This document shows, piece after piece, positions 48,352 to 59,733 of a DNA stretch of 64,000 bases. The notes beneath the pieces were generated by a model. The model had not been told where the DNA came from, did no database searches, and saw nothing but the letters and a program-made list of their open reading frames with translations. The translations under genes and the position numbers were made by a program. The first letter of the stretch is position 1; every line of letters starts with the position of its first letter. This DNA is from Azolla caroliniana (Eukaryota > Plantae > Polypodiophyta), in NCBI GenBank assembly GCA_043228905.1, contig JBHGNT010000006.1, positions 20,336,001 through 20,400,000 of the forward strand, given 5' to 3'.

Positions 48352-49556
48352 CTTCAGGGCCAAAGTTTGCTCACATTCTTCTTACAAATTCCCATTTGCT
48401 AGCAGGAAGACAGTGTGTTACTCTCCTCTGTTCTTCAAGAAACAGAGGCAGGATTGGGCATTCATTAATCCACATAGATATTGTGAACTTCTGGTCTTTC
48501 TTATGTCTCAAAATGAATCTCTCTCTCATCAATCCCACTATAATATGGCTGGAGAAGCCAAATTAGTTGATGAAGGAGTGCCACATGGGCCTCACATAAT
48601 CCAATATTCTTCTTCTGAAGGAGAAGTCTTCCTCGTAGGATATTTCAATGCGAGAACCCAATCCAGACAGTGCACAATATTTTCAGACAGTGCACAATAT
48701 TTTCAGATGGATAAGAACCTAGAAATGGTGAGCGTTGATTCCTTCGCCATAAACATCACACGTAGATCAAAAGACCAAGGTGCGGACGCCACAAGCTTTG
48801 GCCATCATCTGCTTGAACTTAAAAGTCGACATTAGATGATCATATATAATTGTTTAACCAAGTGTCCCTCACGTGTTTCCCACATGGAGGAGAGGAAATC
48901 ACAATTGATTATTTAAGAGGATGCTATGCTGCCATGCACATGATTAACTCCTTTCGTGTGGCCCCATGCCCTATTGGTGTGGACCATAACTTCTTATACT
49001 CCAATGCCACCAACTCTAGTCAACCAAGCCATCACACCACAATACATTTCACACGTGAGCTCTCTAACATCTACTCCCGACATGTTCAAGCCCATCTCTC
49101 CTCTCTTGACTCTTGTTGAGAATGTTTAAAAGTTGTAACGGCTAGCCCAACGGCTAGTTAGTTCCAACAGCTAGTTAGCCCAACGGCCAGATCTTGGCCT
49201 TTATAAAGAGGGACTTCTCCTCATGTAAATATAAGAGATCTCTGTATTTTCTCCCTCCAACGAATGTATATTACAGAACAGATGTGCTTTCTCATATTTC
49301 TTTATGGTATCAGAGCATAGATCCGCCCCTCTGCAAAACCCTAGATCTGTCCTCTGCAAAACCCTAGATCTGTCCTCTGCAGAACCCTAGATCTACCCTT
49401 CTGCTGAAATGACAGTGATTGGAACAGCACTGTCCTAGCATTCAAGAGAGGAAAGGGGGATTTTTGTTTCATTTGGGATGACATTGCTATGTGATTGAGA
49501 GGTGACTTGGGAAAAAAAGTCAAAAGAGGAAAGCAGAGATAGGCCAAGTTGACAAG

Positions 49557-52037
49557 ATGGATGATGTGTTCTCAAAATTGAATGAAGATGAGGTGAAAAC
49601 ATTGGTGAAATACATGAAACAGGCTGAGATAGTAGCATCTGGAGGTGTGACAGGAATGCAACCACCACCCCGACTTGAACTCCTCCCAGTTGAGTTCAAA
49701 CTCGATGGACCAGCCACATACTTGAGCTGGTCGCGTCGGATTATAGGTGCCTTGGCAGGAAGAAGCCTTGACGGCTACCTTACGGGAGAAGAGAAAGAGC
49801 CTCCTATCAAAACGAGCAATGAATGGAAAGCATGGAGAGCTACCCACATGTCATTGTACACGTGGCTCCTAAACTCCATGATTCCATCAATCGCCACAAC
49901 AGTTGATGGAATTTTAAGTGTAAAGGAGATATGGGAGAAATTGCAAAAGACGTATGCAGGGAGGGGAAACAACATGAGAGTATTTCAAATCGAGCAGGAG
50001 ATTGATGCTGTTTGCCAGGGAGATAGGATGGTCCAGGAATATGCCATAGAGTTGGAGCGTCTATGGGCAGAATACGATCATTTCTCGCCTGTGACAGTGT
50101 GCAATGATCCTCAGTGTAAGAGCAAGGAAATTTCTGCTCAAAGAAGAACTATGCAATTTTTGAAACATCTCAACCCGTCATTTGATCAAAGAAGGGCAGT
50201 TCTTCTAGCTAAGGCAGAAATTCCTACACTTGATGAGGCAATCGCGACTATGATACAAGAGGAGAGTAGAATGAAGCTGCTCTCTGACACTACCGGACTT
50301 CCAGGGGTACGATCGGCACTAATGGTATCCAATACAAGCGGAAGTGAAAATCGAAAATGCTACAATTGTGGTGAAGCTGGTCATTTCAAGAATGCTTGCC
50401 CTAAACCATCTAAGGAGAGAGAATATGGGGGACGTGGACAAACTAGAGGTCGTGGTCGAGGGGGCCGAAGAGGTGCACGAGGAGGTTACCAAGCAAACTT
50501 GATGGTAGCAAAAGAAGAGGAAGGAACTAAGGTGGTGTTCACCGAAGAGGATCAAGCTCTCTTAGAAATACTTAGGAGGAAGCAAAGAGCCGCAGATGAT
50601 ACTTCATTCATGTCAAGAGGTAACACTGCCACCTATGCTTATTCGGCCACAAGTACTAGCAACACAAATACTCTTGCCTCTACACCAGAATGGATAATTG
50701 ATTCTGGTGCATCTAGGCATGTGACGGGTAATGCTAGTGAATTCTCCTCATATACTCACTTATCAATGCCAGAAAGCATTCAAATTGCTGACGGTACTAT
50801 ACAACCTGTAGTGGGTATAGGTACAGTAAAATGTACCGACTCTGTGACATTGTCTAATGTGTTGCATGCTCCTTCTTTCCCAGTAAACTTATTATCTATA
50901 AGTTCTATCATACACCAACTAAAATGTGTTGTTTCTTTTGATATTCCCAAGGTGATATTCCAGGAGAAAGGGACAGGTCGGAGACTTGGGACTGGCACAT
51001 GGCATAGTGGACTATGGTATTTGGATCGTGAAGGGCTGGATTCAGCATTAGCATCTATGGTAGAGGGAATAGATGTAAGGGGATCTAGAATGAGTTATGA
51101 GGACTTGTTAATACTTCATCACCAACGCATGGGACATGCCTCTTATGGCATTTTGAGTCGGGTGTATCCACACCTTTTTGAAAAGGCGGATAAAACAAAA
51201 CTTGTTTGTGATGCATGTGAATTTGGTAAGCTTACTAAAAGTTCATATGCTAGTTCGGGTCATAGGAGTTCCCATGCATTTGATGTAATACACTCCGATG
51301 TTTGGGGACCATGTCCCACAAGTTCTATTAATGGATATCGATATTTTGTCTCTTTCATTGACTGCTTCTCTCGTGTGACTTGGTTATATTTGATGAGGAA
51401 AAAGAATGAAGTATTTGCTTGTTTTAAAGATTTTCATAGAGCAGTTCAAACTCAATATGGTGCAGTAGTAAAAGTGTTGAGGTCTGATAATGGAACAGAG
51501 TATGCTAACATGACATTTAGGGCATACCTCTCAGATCAAGGAATACAACATCAAACTACATGCCCATATACACCAGAACAAAATGGAGTAGCAGAGAGGA
51601 AGAATAGACATCTTCTAGAGGTAACGAGAAGCATGATGATTTCTATGAATGTCCCAAAGCAGTTGTGGGGACAGGCAGTTTTGACGGCTGCCACATTGAT
51701 CAATAGAATGCCCTCTAGAGTATTGGAGTGGAAGTCTCCATGTGAGTTGTTGCAAGGCAATAACTCTGGAATCCTTCCTTTGAAGGTGTTTGGATGTGTG
51801 TGTTTTGTAAAGGACAGTAGACCATCAGTAGGAAAACTTGATCCTAAAGCTGTAAAATGTGTATTTGTGGGATACTCTGCCACACAAACAGGCTATGTTT
51901 GCTGGAGTCCAGGAGAGAAGAGATTATTTGTGAGCATGGATGTGCATTTCAGAGAGTCAGAGCCATATTATAAACAAGGGGTAACTTCACCCTTTGATGA
52001 CTTAATTCAGACTGAAAAATATGAGGGAAGGAGATAA
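49557..52037 (+). CDS. Copia polyprotein, part 1 (Gag, CCHC knuckle, protease, integrase)
   Basis: CYNCGEAGHFKNAC, WIIDSGAS, HQRMGH..CDAC, HSDVWGP, RSDNGTEY, EQNGVAERKNR. Confidence 0.92.
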   Translation: MDDVFSKLNEDEVKTLVKYMKQAEIVASGGVTGMQPPPRLELLPVEFKLDGPATYLSWSRRIIGALAGRSLDGYLTGEEKEPPIKTSNEWKAWRATHMSLYTWLLNSMIPSIATTVDGILSVKEIWEKLQKTYAGRGNNMRVFQIEQEIDAVCQGDRMVQEYAIELERLWAEYDHFSPVTVCNDPQCKSKEISAQRRTMQFLKHLNPSFDQRRAVLLAKAEIPTLDEAIATMIQEESRMKLLSDTTGLPGVRSALMVSNTSGSENRKCYNCGEAGHFKNACPKPSKEREYGGRGQTRGRGRGGRRGARGGYQANLMVAKEEEGTKVVFTEEDQALLEILRRKQRAADDTSFMSRGNTATYAYSATSTSNTNTLASTPEWIIDSGASRHVTGNASEFSSYTHLSMPESIQIADGTIQPVVGIGTVKCTDSVTLSNVLHAPSFPVNLLSISSIIHQLKCVVSFDIPKVIFQEKGTGRRLGTGTWHSGLWYLDREGLDSALASMVEGIDVRGSRMSYEDLLILHHQRMGHASYGILSRVYPHLFEKADKTKLVCDACEFGKLTKSSYASSGHRSSHAFDVIHSDVWGPCPTSSINGYRYFVSFIDCFSRVTWLYLMRKKNEVFACFKDFHRAVQTQYGAVVKVLRSDNGTEYANMTFRAYLSDQGIQHQTTCPYTPEQNGVAERKNRHLLEVTRSMMISMNVPKQLWGQAVLTAATLINRMPSRVLEWKSPCELLQGNNSGILPLKVFGCVCFVKDSRPSVGKLDPKAVKCVFVGYSATQTGYVCWSPGEKRLFVSMDVHFRESEPYYKQGVTSPFDDLIQTEKYEGRR

Positions 52038-54027
52038 TTGTGAGAGGTTGCTAAAAATAGGATCAATTCCTTTGCTGATCCCTACATCAGCTGAGAAAGA
52101 AGTGAGCGTAGGAGGTACGGAAGAAGAAGGAAACGAAGACGAGGAGCCTATATGTGTTGGGACTCAAGTTGAGGGGGAGCTAAAGGTGTATACAAGGAAG
52201 AGGAGGCAGAAAGACGGAAATGTGAACACGTCTTCAGCACCACATGTGCCATCAAGTTCCATGTCCCGACCTGCCTCGACTTCTGAAATACCTACAGAAC
52301 TCCCGAACCTAGAAATCACAGGTGATATGATTTCCTCTCCTTCTCCTATCGAGATTAGGAGGACCTCTCGCAGTAATGCAGGGGTCCCTCCTGATCGTTA
52401 TGGTTTTCCTCATGATATTGCTCAGTTTATCTCTTATTCTAACATATCAGCTACACATAGAGCATTCATTGCATCATTAGACTCTGTCACTTTACCCAAG
52501 TGTTGGCAGGTTGCTAAAGAAGATCCAAAATGGAAAGCAGCCATGCAAGAAGAACTCGGAGCTCTTGAGAAGAACAAAACTTGGGAGATTGTGTCACTAC
52601 CACCGGGAAAGAAGGCGGTTGGGTGCAAATGGGTGTTTACAATAAAACAGACCCCAGAGGGAAAAATAGATCGATACAAGGCACGATTGGTGGCTAAAGG
52701 ATATAGTCAGACATATGGCATTGACTATGATGAGACTTTTGCACCTGTGGCGAAGATGAGCACTGTTAGAACACTTATTTCCTTAGCAGTGAATAAGGAT
52801 TGGAAATTACATCAATTAGATGTAAAAAATGCATTCCTTCATGGAGAGTTGATGGAGGAAGTGTACATGGATGTTCCCCCAGGTTTCGGTACAATTCAAA
52901 CAGTAGGTAAGGTTTGCAAACTTAGGAAGTCGCTTTATGGACTAAAGCAATCTCCTCGAGCCTGGTTTGACAGGTTAAGAAGGGCTATGGTGGGTATGGG
53001 ATACCAACAGACGAATGCAGACCATACAGTGTTCTTTCGACAACACAAGGACCATACTACATTGCTTGCTGTGTATGTGGATGATATAATTATCACAGGT
53101 AACGATGAAGGAGAAATTGCCCAACTGAAGATGCAATTGGGTAAAGAGTTTGAGGTGAAGGATCTAGGATTGCTACGCTACTTTCTTGGAATTGAGGTAG
53201 CTCGTGGAGCAGAAGGAGTTGTTCTATCTCAGCGAAAATATGTACTTGATCTTCTCAAAGAAACTGGAATGTTGGGTTGTAGGCCTGTAGCTTCTCCAAT
53301 CGACCAAAAGATCAAGCTAACTGAACTTGCGGGAGAGAAAGTTGATCGTGAAAGGTATCAAAGATTGGTAGGTCGGCTGATTTATTTGACCCACACCCGT
53401 CCAGATATCTCATTTGCAGTAAGTGTGGTAAGTCGCTACATGCATGATCCGAGGAAAGATCATATGGATGCAGTGTACCATATTCTGAGATATCTCAAAG
53501 GTGCCCCAGGGAAGGGATTAATCTTCAGAAAACATGGTCATTTTAACATTGAGGGCTATTGTGATTCTGATTGGGCCAGTTGTGCTGATGACAGAAAATC
53601 CACATCAGGATACTGCATGTTTGTTGGAGGCAATCTAGTCTCTTGGAAGAGTAAGAAACAGTCAGTAGTAGCAAGGTCAACAGCTGAAGCAGAGTATAGA
53701 GCTATTGCTATAGGAGTTGCGGAGATGTTATGGCTGCGAACTCTCCTAGTAGAACTAAAGGTGAATCAAGAAAATCAGATGATGTTGTGGTGTGACAATA
53801 AGTCAGCAATCAGCATTGCCAACAATCCGGTACAGCACGATAGGACCAAACACATCGAAATCGACAGGTTCTTTATCAAAGAAAAGCTTGATAATGGAAT
53901 ATTAAAATTGAGTCATGTTTCTACTGAACATCAAGTAGCAGATTGTCTTACAAAGGGACTTGGGCCAGTAAGTCTTACTAGATTGTGTGACAAGATGGGC
54001 TTAGTGGATATTTTTCACCCATCTTGA
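52021..54027 (+). CDS. Copia polyprotein, part 2 (RT, RNase H), offset from part 1 by one frameshift
   Basis: KARLVAKGY, QLDVKNAFLHG, LYGLKQSPRAW, YVDD, DSDWA, STAEAEY, CDNKSA, QVADCLTK. Confidence 0.92.
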   Translation: MREGDNCERLLKIGSIPLLIPTSAEKEVSVGGTEEEGNEDEEPICVGTQVEGELKVYTRKRRQKDGNVNTSSAPHVPSSSMSRPASTSEIPTELPNLEITGDMISSPSPIEIRRTSRSNAGVPPDRYGFPHDIAQFISYSNISATHRAFIASLDSVTLPKCWQVAKEDPKWKAAMQEELGALEKNKTWEIVSLPPGKKAVGCKWVFTIKQTPEGKIDRYKARLVAKGYSQTYGIDYDETFAPVAKMSTVRTLISLAVNKDWKLHQLDVKNAFLHGELMEEVYMDVPPGFGTIQTVGKVCKLRKSLYGLKQSPRAWFDRLRRAMVGMGYQQTNADHTVFFRQHKDHTTLLAVYVDDIIITGNDEGEIAQLKMQLGKEFEVKDLGLLRYFLGIEVARGAEGVVLSQRKYVLDLLKETGMLGCRPVASPIDQKIKLTELAGEKVDRERYQRLVGRLIYLTHTRPDISFAVSVVSRYMHDPRKDHMDAVYHILRYLKGAPGKGLIFRKHGHFNIEGYCDSDWASCADDRKSTSGYCMFVGGNLVSWKSKKQSVVARSTAEAEYRAIAIGVAEMLWLRTLLVELKVNQENQMMLWCDNKSAISIANNPVQHDRTKHIEIDRFFIKEKLDNGILKLSHVSTEHQVADCLTKGLGPVSLTRLCDKMGLVDIFHPS

Positions 54028-54952
54028 GGGGGAGTGTTGAGAATGTTTAAAAGTTGTAACGGCTAGCCCAACGGCTAGTTAGTTCCAACAGCTAGTTAGC
54101 CCAACGGCCAGATCTTGGCCTTTATAAAGAGGGACTTCTCCTCATGTAAATATAAGAGATCTCTGTATTTTCTCCCTCCAACGAATGTATATTACAGAAC
54201 AGATGTGCTTTCTCATATTTCTTTATGCTTCCTTTCCTTTAGAGAACCTTACTACACAACTCACACACATCCTTCATTTTGCAGCAATGAGCAGTTTCCC
54301 ATACACAAAACACTCCAATCAAGCTAGAGTAGAGTCTATGCCATAAAGGAGATGGTATGATGCGGATTGTAGAGACTTATATAGACATCTTAAAATATCC
54401 TGACTTAGTGGTACTATTACCTTAGTACAAGCTCACAAAGAAATGCACAAGATGACACATCGTAAGAGACAAGCATGGGAGGCATCACAATATTGGGAAA
54501 TCTACTATATACTCAATGGTAACGATTGCACCATGGATCCAAATACATATAGGACCATTATGATAGGTCATATGCTCGCTAAATTATATGGTGCCGTAAT
54601 GCAAGCGGAGCTCAACGAATATATGGAGACATTAAATATTCAAACATTTAAACAGGTTGCTTTAAACAAGCCTTCTCTACTATTGACCATATCTTCACAT
54701 TTCGATGTTTAATTGATCAGACGAAGGCTTGCAAGAAGAAATTATATTGTTGTTTTCTGGACTTCCGGAAAAGCCTTTGACACAGTTCCTAGAGAGCGGT
54801 TGTTTGATAGGCTTAAAAGCTTGGAGATACTAGATGACATGATTTTGGCCATCTATATGCTTTATATGAGCAAGTCTCTAGGTGAGTATGATGCCCAGGT
54901 GGCCAATCCAATTGCTTCACTAGCACCATTGGTGTAAAACAAGGTTGCCCCC

Positions 54953-55258
54953 TGTTGAGAATCAAACCCAACTCCCCCAATGAAATGGCTTTCACACTAG
55001 TAGTGGATAGACTAGGCTAGTTTTGTAAATAGCAGAAAGGACAATTGCCCTAGGTTTGTTGGTATTTAAACCAACCTTTTGTAACTTAGTTACTGTTGGA
55101 AGTATTTCATTTTGTCTAATACAACTTCTTGTTCTCTATCTCTGAGTTCACTCACTCTCGCTCTCTCACTCTTTTTGTCTTACATACACACACACACACA
55201 CACACACACAGAGTTCCTTCTGCTACACAAGATCACCTACACCCTCCATTTCTTTATA
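54953..55258 (+). mobile_element. Solo LTR (306 bp) inserted in the LINE RT, CCCCC target-site duplication
   Basis: Begins TGTTGAGAATCAA and ends TTCTTTATA, similar to the termini of the 6038-6431 LTR. Flanked by CCCCC at 54948-54952 and 55259-55263. Removing it restores GVKQGCP..TLFGIY. Confidence 0.8.
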
Positions 55259-57189
55259 CCCCCCCATCACAACTCTATTTGGGATCTACACTAGCACTCA
55301 TAAGGGATTCAACGGAGTAGTCATTGGGAGTACGCAAATTATTCTCTTTCTCTATGTAGAAGACATAGTTTTGCTCCCTAAGTCTTAACACAACCTACAA
55401 AGGCACCAGGTTAATGCCTTAGATGACTTTCGCACACATCGAGGATTGGTAGTGAATCTATGGAAAACTAAAGTCCTTATCTTTCACACATCTGCTCAAG
55501 TTAGGACTAAATGTCACCTAACCCTCTCTCATAGACCAGTTGAGGTAGTTGGATCCTATGTATATCTTCGAGTGACTTTCAATGCTCGCTAAGGTAATTT
55601 TTTTATCACACAAACAACCAAAGATAGACTAACAAGAGGATATGCCTCCCTCTCACTCTCAGAGAGACAATGCCACCATGCATACTTTCAAGAGCCATAG
55701 ACTAAGAGATGGGTCTTCGACTCATTAATGACCCCTTCCCTCATGTATGTAGATTCAGTGGTTTGGGCTCCAGGCTACCATCTTTCATGTGCACACAATT
55801 AAAGAGATCATTGGTGACGACGTTATCACGTCAACGAAACAAATCGACAATGCCACGTGACATTACTAGAGTAGAAACTTTTAATACTGCCGATGTTAGT
55901 AGAAGCACTCTTCCAACTTGTAGTTTTTATTCATAGGATACATAACCAACCACAAGATAGGATATCTCGTCAAGCTTTTGATGCATCTCGATCACTGTAT
56001 GAGTCTTGCGATACTAGCTCTTGGTATAGCATTGTGGTGAGTTGGCTTCTTGGAAACGGCCTAGACATTCATAACCCTACCTCCCCTTAGGTACAACCAT
56101 GAGACATATAACACTTTAATCTCTCAAAGAATCATAATAAAGTAATACACCAAGAAATATAGAAAATTTACACTCAATATAAATAGATTAACCCACTAGA
56201 GCCACTCCCATCTAAAGTGTTGTACTGTAAGAAACACTTCATGTACTTCTCTAAGTTACGTTTTATTACACAAACAAAAAATATCTAGATATATTCTTAC
56301 CAAATGCACTAAGGGTTGCCATTGGACAACTTAGAATATCATCTCACCAACTTGAGATTGAGAATGGTTGTATTAATGGAGTCCCTAGAGAGGAAAGGAT
56401 ATGTAGATGATGTCACATGGAGATAGAGGATGAGTATCACTTTACATGCAAGTGTCCACTTGTTATGTACACATAACGTTGGTGAGGGTAGGTCACTAAT
56501 ATTTACATTAGTGAAGGGTATGTTCACTATTATTAAAAAGGGGACTAATGATTGGATAGAATGAATGATATGTGCATGCACTATCATGATTTAGACAACC
56601 AATGAATAGAGAGCCTTTTAGAAAGGCACATCTATTCAAGGGGCCTAGGAAAAGGTATAAATATGAGGCTTAGCTACCCTCATAAGGATAATCACGTCGG
56701 AAGGCTGCTGTCGTAGACACCGGTGGTGCGGGCTAGGCTTTCGTCTCGACGATCGTGTTTATCTCTTCCAAGGTATTAGTCATCCTAATATCCGGCGGTA
56801 TGGGACGTCGGTGGTAGGTTGGCTATGTCTAGATCATAGCTCGGGGGTGGTCGGGTGGAACGGGTTCTTCTATCCAATCTATTTTCTTCCTTTTTACTTG
56901 ATTTGGTCTATGGATTAGTAATAGACTCTTAACAGTGGTATCAGAGCTTTTACTAACAATTTTTTTTGTTGTTTTGATGTTTTTTGCGTGTGAGCGAGGG
57001 GGATCTAACAAGGCTCGTCATGCTCTTCTCAGGATCAAAACAACACTCTAAACCCGGTATTCTTCTTTTTTGATCTCTTCTCTTTTTCTATTATGCGTTC
57101 TTTATGGTCGAATCAAATTGGTATTACGTTTTATTCTCTTTCTTTCTACCTCCTACTACGCTACAATTTTACTTATTATTATGCATCGG

Positions 57190-57710
57190 GCCAAGCGTGT
57201 TTGCACTAATCGCACACGCTCAACTCATGGCCTTTTGTATATTGCGATATATATCCCACTCTCTCCTCTCTTGAACTCTTACGATAATAATTATTCTTGT
57301 GCATTAGGTCGAGCGTGTTTGCTCTAATCGCACACGCTTATCTCATGGCCGTTTTGCATATGATGTTGAGTATACCACTCTTCCCCTCTATCGAGCCATC
57401 ACTTGGCCGATTCTAAGGGATGATGTGGCCTTGACGAGGTGTATGTTGCCTACCTATGCCACTCTACTCTCTATTAAGCCATCAATTGGCCGATTCTATG
57501 GGATGTTGTGGCCTTGACAAGGTATATGTAGCTTACATATGCCACTTTCCTTTTTAATTAGCCATCAATTGGCCGATTCTAAGGGATGATGTGGCCTTGA
57601 CGAGGTATATGTCACTTACCTATGCCACTTTCCTCTTTAATTAGCCATTACTTGGCCGATTCTAGGGATATGTGGTGGTCTTGAGGAGGTGCATGTCAAC
57701 TACCCTAGGG
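57190..57710 (+). repeat. Tandem repeats in the gypsy 5' UTR
   Basis: Two copies of GCGTGTTTGC.CTAATCGCACACGCT (~118-bp period), then four ~83-bp units GCCATCAATTGGCCGATTCTA.GGGAT...CCTTGA. Confidence 0.85.
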
Positions 57711-58689
57711 TTTCGTATCTTAGGGCATGTTTGATTCCATACACCTAATTGTTGATTATTCTAATTAAATTTTAATTTCATAAGTATTGTTTCACTTATA
57801 TGATTTTCTAGTAATTATTATTTACCCGCCCACAATTAACTCTCCTTTTTCCACTTCCTTTTCATGTATAAAGTATTTACATCGTTTATTTTAATGTAAC
57901 CTTTACGTGTAGACTATTTTTTTCGTATGGAGTGGCTTGTTGAACGATTTTTTTTTCAACGGGTCATCTAGGTTTAACTCTTATCATCAAGCCTTAGAAA
58001 ACGAGTAAAACCATATGAGTTCCCTTATTGATGTTTTACTCATGGATTTGAGTATTACATCTTTGCGCACAACACCGTCATCACTTGTATCAATTTGTGG
58101 CTTATGTCACAATTGTGCAAGTTATAACAATCATATTGGGATGTATATGTGCATACCTTGCACTTCCCATTTATTTGTGACATTGTTTTTTTCGTAGGTA
58201 ACACATGGGTTCCTTTTTTTTACCCTTGTTTTCGTCACTACTTAACTCTTATGAGTAGTGCCTTATTTTATCATTTTATCATCACGTTTGCTTATTGCTC
58301 GCAAGACTAGAATATTACTTGTGAGTGCACTTGTTTTTTCACGTAATACACTTTCTCGACCATATAATACATGATGGGTTGGCATTAATATAAGGCTATC
58401 TAGGAAATTTCATTGATGTAAGAACCATGGTTGAGCCTCGGGGAGCCGCCATGATTACTCAAGATAGAGATCCGAGAAATACATCTTAGCTATGTTTTCC
58501 CCCATGGTTTTTAAAACACCATAGTGTTACCATAGTTATCGGATCTCGAATCACATCTCATATGTCTAGAGGGGTAAAGACATGAGATACTTTCTTGGAT
58601 AAAGTTCTTTCAATCAAAATTTCAAGCATTCATTTTGCTTGTGTATTTTCTGAACCTCCTTATTTTATTGCATACCCACAGCGTGCATC

Positions 58690-59733
58690 ATGGAACAAGT
58701 TTTGAACGCAGTTGGAACGATCTCTCCAAATGAGACCTCTCAACCCCAATCCGCATCTCGCACACAAGCTGAGATCACTATTGAGCAATTGCTCACTACT
58801 ACCTTGAATCAATTGGCCGAAATGAGACAGGCCAATATGGCATTGGAAAAGAAATTCCAAGAATTAACTATTGAGTCCAAGAAAGAAGGTGAACCTTCCT
58901 TCGTAGTCACGCCTTTCAAGGGAGATAAGAAAGAAATAACCGAGGAGGCTATTAGCACTTGGCTTGGTCGTTGGGAGTCTCACTTTGAGCTTCATCCCAA
59001 GCCCGATGCAGTAAAAATTGGTTATGTCGGTCGTGAGTTAGGTGGCCGAGCTGCTGCTTGGTGGCGTGGCCTAAGGACCGCAAAAAACTTACCCACAACT
59101 TGGGAAGGTTTCGTTGATGTTTTTAAGAAACAATTCTTGCAGCCACCTTCTCAAACCGAACAAGCGCAACACTTGCTCACATTGTCTAGTAAGCCATTTA
59201 CCTCTCTCGAGGATTATGTGCATCACGCTCGGACCCAGATCCAAAAATCGGGACTTACGGGTGAGAAATGGTTTGTCGCTTGTTTTTTGAATGGTATTCC
59301 CAATGGGGATTATCATTGGATTGTCCATGACAAGGACCCCACAACTTTCGAGGAAGCCGTCAACATTGTGCTGCGATACCATAGGACTTCCAAGAAAGAC
59401 CACAATAAACCTGAGTTCGCCAAAACTCCGAATGTCAAGTTCATTGGGAAACGTAAGCAATCCAGTGACACTCTTGACCGCGACTCAAAGAAACCGAACC
59501 TCTTCTGTGCATATTGCAAGAAGCGGGGCCACACAAAGGATACCTGTCGTCGTCTTGAGAGGAAGTCAATGAACACCCCTCCTCAAGACAAATCTACGAG
59601 TCACACAGGTGAGTCTTTTGATATTGTTGAAGTTCATACCAATCACTTAAGTTTATGTGAATGCACTTTTCCTTCACATTTACTTGGACCTAATGATTTA
59701 CTCCGAGCAGTCGGATATATCAATGGAACATAA
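58690..59733 (+). CDS. Gypsy Gag (retrotrans_gag plus CCHC knuckle)
   Basis: LGGRAAAWW..PTTWEGFVDVFKKQF, CAYCKKRGHTKDTC. Ends in a TAA that is in frame with pol. Confidence 0.9.
   Translation: MEQVLNAVGTISPNETSQPQSASRTQAEITIEQLLTTTLNQLAEMRQANMALEKKFQELTIESKKEGEPSFVVTPFKGDKKEITEEAISTWLGRWESHFELHPKPDAVKIGYVGRELGGRAAAWWRGLRTAKNLPTTWEGFVDVFKKQFLQPPSQTEQAQHLLTLSSKPFTSLEDYVHHARTQIQKSGLTGEKWFVACFLNGIPNGDYHWIVHDKDPTTFEEAVNIVLRYHRTSKKDHNKPEFAKTPNVKFIGKRKQSSDTLDRDSKKPNLFCAYCKKRGHTKDTCRRLERKSMNTPPQDKSTSHTGESFDIVEVHTNHLSLCECTFPSHLLGPNDLLRAVGYINGT

Larger units (their letters stand above)
49114..54225 (+). mobile_element. Young, near-intact Ty1/copia LTR retrotransposon (Ale-like)
   Basis: Identical 191-bp LTRs at 49114-49304 and 54035-54225. 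PBS TGGTATCAGAGC at 49305-49316. PPT TGAGGGGGAG at 54025-54034. gag-PR-IN-RT-RH order. Confidence 0.97.

Noticed and set aside
9641-48835. Many antisense or alternate-frame ORFs inside the PPR genes
   Set aside because: Shadow ORFs of repetitive coding sequence with no independent features.
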